NCBI GenBank assembly: GCA_963594125.1
Contig: CAVBCV010000002.1
Span: forward strand, 42,211 to 106,210
DNA: 64,000 bases
From: Lachnospiraceae bacterium
GTDB taxonomy: Bacteria > Pseudomonadota > Alphaproteobacteria > RF32 > CAG-239
Direction: 5' to 3'
Made by a program: the position numbers and the translations under genes. Positions 27,822-35,504 of this stretch are shown piece after piece. The notes below the pieces were generated by a model, which saw nothing but the letters and a program-made list of their open reading frames with translations, was not told where the DNA came from and did not search any database. How positions within the stretch are numbered: the stretch's first letter is position 1; each line of letters opens with the position of its first letter.

Positions 27822-30800
27822 TTAATTCCTCCGATTTTGAGCAACTTCCTGCAATGCGTAACCTGATACATTTTTATCTAAGTCAACAAACGAGCCGTTG
27901 CTTTTTAAGTATCCGATGTCTTTACCGTTACCTGATATAACTCTGCCGGTTGCCGCCAAGCGTCCCAAATATTTACCGTCATTTGAAACTATCGCCGTTC
28001 CGGTTTTATAGGACATACCTAAAATAGCATTTTGATTATCAACCGCCAAGCGCCCTGATAAAACCCGTCCGATAACAGAATTATCAAACCCGCGAACCGT
28101 GCCGTCAAAGCCGACATAAGCCACAACTTTATCCTGATTGTTAATTACAATATCGGCATCGGCAATTTCACCTATTAAACGACCTTCTTTATTTACCGCT
28201 TTACCATCGGAATAAACTTTGCCGATAACCACATTTTTGGTATTGATTACCGCGCCGTCAGGCAATACGGAACCGATAATTTTGCCGCCGTAATTAATTA
28301 CAACGCCGCGTTTAAGCACACTTAAATTTTTATCGCTTGCGCCGCCGGGGAGTATAAAAGTTGTCCGTTTAGAATTTAAATCGCGCACTCCGCCGGAAGC
28401 ATCAGTGTATCCGGTATAATTTCCGAATAAGTCAGTTACCACCGATTCAGGCACAACCTCGCCGATTACATTGCCGTTATCAGCGTTTAAGATTAATCCG
28501 TCACTGTTTTCAAGACCGGCTTTTTTACCTTTTTTATCAATAACCGTGCCATCAGCTTTAACATAACCTAAATACGAACCGTCATAACCGATTGCGGCGC
28601 CGGTGCGAACAATGCCGCCCGCGTATTGGTGCTTATCATCAAACCAGCGACCTTTGGCATCAGCCTGCCCCAAGTGTTCGCCGAAACGAGTTACAACTCT
28701 GCCATCCGCATTAATAAAACCTACATTTTTGCCGTTAAAATCAACCACTTTACCAAACGGAAGCAGTTTGCCGATGTTGCCGATATAAAAGCTCATGCCA
28801 TCACCGTAAATGCGGTCAATCACAGCGCCTTTATTATCATAAACATTGCCGTCAGCAAACAGACGACCGATAATATTACCGTCTGAATTTAACAAAATAT
28901 TTTTTTCAGGCAACGCCACCCCGATTATCTTATTGTTTTTATCAGCAATGTATTTGTGCAAAAACAACTTGGCGTCAGGGTGAGCTTTAATTTGCAAGGA
29001 GCCGTCAGATTCAAACGTACCTAACAATTTTCCATTTAAATCAAAGGCATAAAACGGCTGCGAGATTTTACCCAAATAAATTCCGTCTGAGGTGAATACT
29101 TCATCGTCAGTATTAACACATCCCACCGGCAATAATGCCGCAGAAACAACGTTGCCGGTCGGCACTAATCTTCCGACTACCCCGCCTTCAGCATTAAACG
29201 CCACTTTATACCGCGCAACTTTGCCGATAATATCGCCGTTATCATTTAACACACTGCCATCAGGATTTACGCAGCCGACATATTTTTTATCTTCATTTTT
29301 AACAATACCCTGCTCATCGGCGTCGCCAAGATAATTGCAGCTATTGTCAAACACGCGACCGGTTTTTACAACATCGCCCATATAAATATTTTTTTCATTA
29401 TAAACACTGCCGTCAGCATACACATGATAAGGCATATCCTGCCCATCTTTGGTAATAACGCCGGTTTTATTTAAAACTCCGACATTAGAGCAGCCCCAAC
29501 CGATTATAGTACCGCCGCGAACACCTTTCGCCACAAATTTGGAGCCGTTAGCCTCTTTAACCAAAGTGTTCGGCAACATACGACCCAACACCTGACCGCG
29601 GGTATTAATAACTTCTCCGGTCGGCGAAACATTGCCTAAAACCTTGCCTTCCGGTGTTATCGGAATTAAATCTGCGCGAACAATAGCGCCGATTTTGACT
29701 GCTTTGTTACTGATGACATTGCCGTCTTTATCCACCCTGCCAACTATACCGCCGTCAGCGCCCACTACGGAACCGTCTTTTTTTACATAACCCAATACTT
29801 TGCCGTCATCACTGACTGCCAAATTATTATACTCTCCTACTCTGCCGACAATATTACCGCGCTCATCAATAATAGTGCCGTCAGGCTGCATTTTACCGAT
29901 AACCCGCCCGTTAGCGTCTAAAATAGTGCCATCTTCAAGCTTTTTCCCGATTTTGTTACCGTTAAAATCATAAATTGTGCCGTCTTCATCAATATAGCCG
30001 ACCGCATTTCCATCCGCGTCATAATATATCTGCCGCGACGCGCCGAGTTTACCGATTTTTTCATTGCTTAACTTATAGGCATCGCCGTTTTCATCAACAT
30101 AACCAACCACATTGCCATCCGTATCAACAATAGAGTTATCAGGCATAACCACGCCTAAAACATTGCCGCTTTCATCAACCGCGGTACGTCCGGGTTTGCT
30201 GACATAGCCGATAACATTGCCGTTCATATCAACAACTTCGCCATTAGAATTTAACCTGCCGATAACGTTACCTTCTTTATCTACCACCGTGCCGTCTTCA
30301 AGCACTCTGCCGATAACATTACCGTTGGAATCGTAAACATATCCGGCTTCTACCGATTTACCGATTTTTACCCCATTACGATCAACCACTGTACCATCAG
30401 ATATTTCTTTACCGATAACATTGCCGTTAAAATCAAAAGCTTTACCATCAGCGCTGACTTTACCAATAACATTGCCGTTATCGTCATAAATCAGTTTTTT
30501 ATTACCGGCGACACCGATAATATTGCCGTTTTCATCAACGATGAGTCCGTCTTCATTAACCCTGCCGATAACATTACCGTCTTCATCACGAACATAACCT
30601 TCATCATCAATATAACCGATGATTTTACCATCCGGACCATAGGCTATGCGGTTTTTGCCATCATCAGCCATGGCTTTGCCGATAGTTTTACCGCTTTTAT
30701 CCAAAACATTGCCTTTAGCATCCAAAGTGCCAAGTTTGTTACCGTTTAAGTCAACTACTTGCCCGTTCGGCGTAACATATCCGATAATATTGCCGCTTGT

Positions 30801-31937
30801 ATCTCTGACAATTCGGCTGTTTCCGGGCGCTGTTTTGCCAATTAAGCTACCATCTTTATCAACAACATTGCCATAAGCGTCAGCCGTGCCGATTTCGTTA
30901 CCGTTTAAATCAACAGCCTGTCCGTCAGGAGTGATATAGCCGATAATATTGCCGTCCGCATCTTTGATAACCATGGTGTCACCGGTTGAAACTTTACCGA
31001 TTACATCGCCGCTTTTATCTAAGACATTGCCATTAGAATCAACCGTACCAAGGCGTTCGCCTTTTAAGTCAACCGCTTTACCGTTCGGGGTAATGTAACC
31101 AATGATTTTTCCGTTAGAATCGCGGATAACCAAATTTTCACCGGAAACGGCTTTACCGATAACATTACCATTTTTATCAATAACATTGCCATTAGCGTCA
31201 AGATAGCCGATTTCATTGCCGTTTAAGTCAAACGCGCGTCCGTCAGGGGTGACATAGCCAATAATATTACCGTCAGCATCTTGGATAAGCATGCGTTCAG
31301 CGCCATCTGAAGCGCCGCCGGAAGGAGTGGTGGTGCAAAAGTTGCAATCGGCCTGCGTAACTGCTTTACCGTCAACCGGAACTTTTTCAGCTTTGGCATT
31401 TTGCGCACCGACATTAGTTTCATGCCATGAGATAATAAAATTATTCTGCACATTGCCGCCGGTGGTCGGGAACCATTGCATGGTAACATTACAAGTTTGA
31501 TTGCCGCGTAATTCTTTGCCGCTGCAATCATCATCATAGCGGAATCCCTCAAACGGAGGTTCGGCAAGCTTTACTGAAACAATGCGAATAGGCGTTTTGC
31601 CGGTGGTGCCGATAGTCAGCACGTTTTTAGCATCTGTGCCCAACACAACCTGCCCCATATTAACCGGGTTCGGCGTGGTGGTAATCGGGAGTTCGGTTTC
31701 CTCCACTTCTTCAAACTCAAGATTATTGATGAGAGGATTGGTGTTTTCATTAAAATCTATTACATTGTCATCAGCGGTAAATACCGGCTCTTGTGATTCT
31801 TCGGGAGCCGCCCCGCTTGAAAACAACAGCAACAAACCAAATAAAAACACCACAAAAGAAGTAATACCAACAATCAAAATTATTCGGTTGGTTTTACGAA
31901 CATATCTTTCAGAGTGTGTTAAAACTTCTTTACTCAT
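27822..31937 (-). CDS. giant repeat protein with VirB10-like N-terminal topology (cytoplasmic tail, single TM, Pro/acidic linker)
   Basis: MSKEVLTHSERYVRKTNRIILIVGITSFVVFLFGLLLLF gives a cytoplasmic N-terminus plus one TM. An acidic/Pro linker and a Cys-containing globular segment follow. Then about 1100 aa of the same 11-aa repeat family (DxNGNxIGxVxPDGxxVD...) organised in about 44-aa super-repeats. It ends 10 nt upstream of the VirB10-domain gene. Confidence 0.6.
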   Translation of the reverse strand: MSKEVLTHSERYVRKTNRIILIVGITSFVVFLFGLLLLFSSGAAPEESQEPVFTADDNVIDFNENTNPLINNLEFEEVEETELPITTTPNPVNMGQVVLGTDAKNVLTIGTTGKTPIRIVSVKLAEPPFEGFRYDDDCSGKELRGNQTCNVTMQWFPTTGGNVQNNFIISWHETNVGAQNAKAEKVPVDGKAVTQADCNFCTTTPSGGASDGAERMLIQDADGNIIGYVTPDGRAFDLNGNEIGYLDANGNVIDKNGNVIGKAVSGENLVIRDSNGKIIGYITPNGKAVDLKGERLGTVDSNGNVLDKSGDVIGKVSTGDTMVIKDADGNIIGYITPDGQAVDLNGNEIGTADAYGNVVDKDGSLIGKTAPGNSRIVRDTSGNIIGYVTPNGQVVDLNGNKLGTLDAKGNVLDKSGKTIGKAMADDGKNRIAYGPDGKIIGYIDDEGYVRDEDGNVIGRVNEDGLIVDENGNIIGVAGNKKLIYDDNGNVIGKVSADGKAFDFNGNVIGKEISDGTVVDRNGVKIGKSVEAGYVYDSNGNVIGRVLEDGTVVDKEGNVIGRLNSNGEVVDMNGNVIGYVSKPGRTAVDESGNVLGVVMPDNSIVDTDGNVVGYVDENGDAYKLSNEKIGKLGASRQIYYDADGNAVGYIDEDGTIYDFNGNKIGKKLEDGTILDANGRVIGKMQPDGTIIDERGNIVGRVGEYNNLAVSDDGKVLGYVKKDGSVVGADGGIVGRVDKDGNVISNKAVKIGAIVRADLIPITPEGKVLGNVSPTGEVINTRGQVLGRMLPNTLVKEANGSKFVAKGVRGGTIIGWGCSNVGVLNKTGVITKDGQDMPYHVYADGSVYNEKNIYMGDVVKTGRVFDNSCNYLGDADEQGIVKNEDKKYVGCVNPDGSVLNDNGDIIGKVARYKVAFNAEGGVVGRLVPTGNVVSAALLPVGCVNTDDEVFTSDGIYLGKISQPFYAFDLNGKLLGTFESDGSLQIKAHPDAKLFLHKYIADKNNKIIGVALPEKNILLNSDGNIIGRLFADGNVYDNKGAVIDRIYGDGMSFYIGNIGKLLPFGKVVDFNGKNVGFINADGRVVTRFGEHLGQADAKGRWFDDKHQYAGGIVRTGAAIGYDGSYLGYVKADGTVIDKKGKKAGLENSDGLILNADNGNVIGEVVPESVVTDLFGNYTGYTDASGGVRDLNSKRTTFILPGGASDKNLSVLKRGVVINYGGKIIGSVLPDGAVINTKNVVIGKVYSDGKAVNKEGRLIGEIADADIVINNQDKVVAYVGFDGTVRGFDNSVIGRVLSGRLAVDNQNAILGMSYKTGTAIVSNDGKYLGRLAATGRVISGNGKDIGYLKSNGSFVDLDKNVSGYALQEVAQNRRN

Positions 31938-31949
31938 CTTTCTTATGCT

Positions 31950-33626
31950 TTACTGAATACGAACCACACTGCAGAACACACCGTTACGACCGAGCTGGCT
32001 GCAAATTTCATCACCGGCATCTATGGATTGAACCGGTCCGATTCTTAAGTGGAACAGCTCGCGTCCTTGTCCGTCAGCCGGAGCGTCAACCGAATAAAAC
32101 GGCTGATAACCGCCAAGCGCCGATGAATATTTGCGCGAAAGTTCTCCCCACAAGTTTTCCAAATTGCCAACATCAGAATCGGTGCCAAGTTCTACGGAAA
32201 TGCTGGCGACATCATCGCCTTCAAAGCCACTGCCGTAACGATAATCAGCAAACGGATTTTTGCCTTCGGGCAGCTTGCTCTTGTTATCAATATGATGCAT
32301 TTTGCTGTAATCAAGGTTAAGAGCGCCTTTACCGCCAACACCGGCATTAAAGGACGAGCCTTTGCCGCCCGCGCTACCGCCGTTGTTACCGGCATTACCT
32401 GAAAGGGCGTTTACGTCAACACCGACAAAGGTTGCTCCGCCCATGTTGCCGCCCGCGCCGTTAGCGCCATTTGCTCCGGCACCATAGCCGTTATAATTAT
32501 CAGCGCCACCCGGTCCAAAGCCTTGAACTACACCGCCTTTACCGGAAACAGAAGCTTTTTTGCCTGACGGTAAAGCAGGCGGAACCTGCCAATCATCACT
32601 TTCGGCATATTCAACATATTCAAGTCCGGCATCATCGGCGCGGCGCAATTTTAAGCAAATTAAGCGTTTGCCGTTGCGCAAAACCATATCGCCGACACCT
32701 TCAACAATGATTAAACGGTTGTTAGGTCCGGCAGTACGGAAGCCGACCGGAGTTTCAACACGCTCAACAATTAAGGTTACAATCGGGCGCTGAACCATAT
32801 TTAAGGCTTTTTCGCCAAAATCAATATAGGTGAAAATATCGTCACGCCAAACGCGTTCCGGCGCAATAACCACATCATCAGGGTTAGGAACATAAACTTC
32901 AATATCAAAACGGAATTTGGTCGGGTCAAGCGGAATGCTCTGAATCCAATCTTCTTTTTGATTGCGCTTGGTAAACAATGAATCGGCCGATTTATTGCTG
33001 CCGCCGCGATATGCGCTGGCATTTACGCGACTACCGCCGGAACTACCACCTCCGATAGCGCCGACGGAACTCCCGTTTTTTTCCGCGTCCACAACCTCAA
33101 TATCAATAATTGAGTTAGTTAAGCGCTCAGTATTTACACCCTCACTGCGAGCATAAAACGCATATTTATTGCCTGAGCGACCAAAAACCATAATATTAGT
33201 ATCAACACCAACCATCGCGCCTGATTTAGGATACAATAGTAATGTGTTAGGTCCGGAAATACGGGCGTCAAAAGTTTTGCTATCGCCGATGTAAACATCT
33301 TCAACCAACTCCCATTCCGGAAAGTTTACAAGCGTTATCATACCTTCGCGCAGGCGTACCGGCAAAACCAAATCAGGCGACCAATAATAGCGGGAATATG
33401 CCGGCTTGCTTTGCCCTTCGCCCAAGTTTTGCAATGGGTCTAACCATGCGCTTTGCATCATACCCAAGGAGCTGATACCGGTATAACCCATGTTCATCGG
33501 CTGATACATGCCCTGACTTTGGTCGGCATTTTGGTTTAAGCTGTCAATGCTCGCTTGCGCGTGCGCTGTCAACGGCGCCGCCATTAATGCAAAAACTGAC
33601 AATATTTTACTAACACAATGTTTCAT
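31950..33626 (-). CDS. virB9: VirB9/TrbG-like protein fused to a C-terminal SPOR-like domain
   Basis: Signal peptide. VirB9 N-domain (MITLVNFPEWELVEDVYIGDSKTFDARISGPNTLLLYPKSGAMVGVDTNIMVFGRSGNKYAFYARSE). VirB9 C-domain (VVIAPERVWRDDIFTYIDFGEKALNMVQRPIVTLIVERVETPVGFRTAGPNNRLIIVEGVGDMVLRNGKRLICLKLR). Long Gly/Asn-rich linker. The C-terminal approximately 70 aa (ASISVELGTDSDVGNLENLWGELSRKYSSAL...ELFHLRIGPVQSIDAGDEICSQLGRNGVFCSVVRI) has the SPOR two-half pattern. Confidence 0.75.
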   Translation of the reverse strand: MKHCVSKILSVFALMAAPLTAHAQASIDSLNQNADQSQGMYQPMNMGYTGISSLGMMQSAWLDPLQNLGEGQSKPAYSRYYWSPDLVLPVRLREGMITLVNFPEWELVEDVYIGDSKTFDARISGPNTLLLYPKSGAMVGVDTNIMVFGRSGNKYAFYARSEGVNTERLTNSIIDIEVVDAEKNGSSVGAIGGGSSGGSRVNASAYRGGSNKSADSLFTKRNQKEDWIQSIPLDPTKFRFDIEVYVPNPDDVVIAPERVWRDDIFTYIDFGEKALNMVQRPIVTLIVERVETPVGFRTAGPNNRLIIVEGVGDMVLRNGKRLICLKLRRADDAGLEYVEYAESDDWQVPPALPSGKKASVSGKGGVVQGFGPGGADNYNGYGAGANGANGAGGNMGGATFVGVDVNALSGNAGNNGGSAGGKGSSFNAGVGGKGALNLDYSKMHHIDNKSKLPEGKNPFADYRYGSGFEGDDVASISVELGTDSDVGNLENLWGELSRKYSSALGGYQPFYSVDAPADGQGRELFHLRIGPVQSIDAGDEICSQLGRNGVFCSVVRIQ

Positions 33627-33644
33627 TTTTTAAACACCTTTTAT

Positions 33645-34391
33645 TTATTCGGCTTTATTACGTGAAAGCGAATATCTGGTAACAGTAAAGCCTACCGGAT
33701 TATTCAAACGTTCACCATATTTAACGGTCTTTTTACGATACATAATTCTTAAAGAAGCGGTCCAATAATTAATTTCCGGCGCGGAAGAATCAGGATACAT
33801 ATCACGAGTTTCATATTCAACCTGCCATAAACCGCGACCAAGCTCGTTTACGGTCATAATCCGCACCACTCTGATTAAACCGCGGTTACGAATTATATTT
33901 AATGCCGGTCTGGCGGTTTTTTCAACAAACGACTGATAAACAGCCGATGATGACATCTCCTGCAGCTGTCCGCCCGGCATCCAACGAGATTCCATTTCAG
34001 AAACATCGTTGGTAAAGGCGCTGCGCAACAACACATACTCGCGAACAAAAACTTCAGTTATGGCTTTGCGGTCTTCCATATTGCGCAGAGGAACGATGTC
34101 ATAAACCTGTTCCTGTTTGTTTTCAAACGTTAACAAAAACGGCTCAAGGCGGTACAGCGGCAAAAGCTGTGTAATTGCCAAAATTAAAACCAAGTTACAA
34201 CACAAGCTGATAGCAACGATAACCGCAAATGCGCGCGCCGTCCACAAATAGCGCTTTTCACTGGCGTTTACCACAATATCTTCAGCGCGGCGTCTTTGCG
34301 GCTGAGGGCGACGCACCGCCTGACGCGGCATTCCGCCCTGTCCGGTAATTAAACGCTGCTGCGTGTTGCCTATACCTAACCTATCTGCCAT
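33645..34391 (-). CDS. virB8: VirB8-like protein (paralog a)
   Basis: Cytoplasmic N-terminus, one TM (FAVIVAISLCCNLVLILAI), periplasmic NTF2-like domain ending in NPVGFTVTRYS (VirB8-type NPxGFxVTxY motif). Confidence 0.7.
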   Translation of the reverse strand: MADRLGIGNTQQRLITGQGGMPRQAVRRPQPQRRRAEDIVVNASEKRYLWTARAFAVIVAISLCCNLVLILAITQLLPLYRLEPFLLTFENKQEQVYDIVPLRNMEDRKAITEVFVREYVLLRSAFTNDVSEMESRWMPGGQLQEMSSSAVYQSFVEKTARPALNIIRNRGLIRVVRIMTVNELGRGLWQVEYETRDMYPDSSAPEINYWTASLRIMYRKKTVKYGERLNNPVGFTVTRYSLSRNKAE

Positions 34392-34404
34392 TTTATTTTA
34401 CCCG

Positions 34405-34593
34405 TTATATTGTTGCGACAAACCAATCCGGAAGGGTGTGCGGAAGCTCAACTTCAATGCAGGCGCACGGAGAAAGTTTAAGTTCGTTTACGTCTTTACC
34501 GACACCTACCGGCTCAGGCTCATAGTATGAACCGAACAAACTGCATGCCGACAAGACAACAATCACCAAAAATAGAATTATTTTTTTATACAT
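34405..34593 (-). CDS. virB7: small lipoprotein, VirB7-like
   Basis: 62 aa. MYKKIILFLVIVVLSAC lipobox. Located between two virB8 paralogs and upstream of virB9, as VirB7 is in rvh-type loci. The call is by position and size. Confidence 0.5.
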   Translation of the reverse strand: MYKKIILFLVIVVLSACSLFGSYYEPEPVGVGKDVNELKLSPCACIEVELPHTLPDWFVATI

Positions 34594-34733
34594 TGCCGTA
34601 TCCTTTTATCTCCAGATATTATCACATTAAACTTTTTATTTTAAAAAGTCTAATACGAACACTCCAAATCCCCAACTTATCAACAAGTTAGACGACTTTT
34701 GAGTATAGCATAAAGTAAAAAGATTAATATAAA

Positions 34734-35492
34734 TTAAAGAATTTCAACTTCTGTCTGAGAATATCGGGTTACGGTAAAGCCGAGCGGGTTCATCAAACGT
34801 TTAGCCATAAACATTCGCTCAGGAATAAACACCGCGGTAAGCGATGCCGTCCAATATTTGGTAACAAGCACCATACTGCCGTTTTCAGAATTGCGAACAT
34901 CAGGCGAAAGGTCATATGTGCGGAAGTCAATTTTCCACACGCGGCTTTTTTCACCGCCGACCCGACCGATTGAAATAATTTCAGCATCGCGAACCACTCT
35001 GGTTTTTAATAAATCGCCAAGGTCTTTGAGCTGTTTGGCCTTAAATTCGGCATAAACCGACGGCGACGAGAGGTATGAGACCATACCGCCCGCATACCAC
35101 CTGCTTTGCATTTCGCGCTCGTCATTTAAGACCGTATTGCGCAAAAGTACATATTGCCGAATAAAAAGATCCATAATTTGATTGGAAGAGGGCATATCGG
35201 GAGCGATGGTTTCATAACGCACCATGGTGTCGGAACTATCTTGTTTGATAATTAAAAACGGCTCCACCATAACCTCAGGGGCAAGCTTAAACAGCACCAA
35301 CGAGGCACTGGTAAAAAAGCCCAATGACAATATGGCAAACAACATTACCAACCGCGACAACCAGCAATAATAAAGCTCTTTGGCGCTTTTTACCGCTGAT
35401 TGTCGGTCGGTGATGTAATTAACCTGCCGCGGGGCGGCGTTTGCATCGGTTATAGATAAAGTTTCGTTTCCGTTTCCAAGTTGATTTACCAT
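34734..35492 (-). CDS. virB8: VirB8-like protein (paralog b)
   Basis: Same architecture as paralog a: TM (LVMLFAILSLGFFTSASLVLF), C-terminal NPLGFTVTRYS. Clearly homologous to 33645-34391. Confidence 0.7.
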   Translation of the reverse strand: MVNQLGNGNETLSITDANAAPRQVNYITDRQSAVKSAKELYYCWLSRLVMLFAILSLGFFTSASLVLFKLAPEVMVEPFLIIKQDSSDTMVRYETIAPDMPSSNQIMDLFIRQYVLLRNTVLNDEREMQSRWYAGGMVSYLSSPSVYAEFKAKQLKDLGDLLKTRVVRDAEIISIGRVGGEKSRVWKIDFRTYDLSPDVRNSENGSMVLVTKYWTASLTAVFIPERMFMAKRLMNPLGFTVTRYSQTEVEIL

Positions 35493-35504
35493 GGTTTATC
35501 CTGT

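Noticed and set aside
24915-31567. Numerous 60-130-aa ORFs on the plus strand inside the giant minus-strand repeat genes (e.g. 25833-26141, 26436-26696, 28626-28886, 30646-30876, 31291-31500)
   Set aside because: Repetitive, compositionally biased coding DNA lacks stops in several frames. These ORFs have no RBS, no start context and low-complexity translations (P/L/S-rich).
32192-33156. Plus-strand and alternative-frame ORFs inside virB9 (32192-32395, 32471-32710, 32560-32793, 32801-33022, 32962-33156)
   Set aside because: They lie within the Gly-rich linker and domain-coding regions of a well-supported gene and give low-complexity translations.
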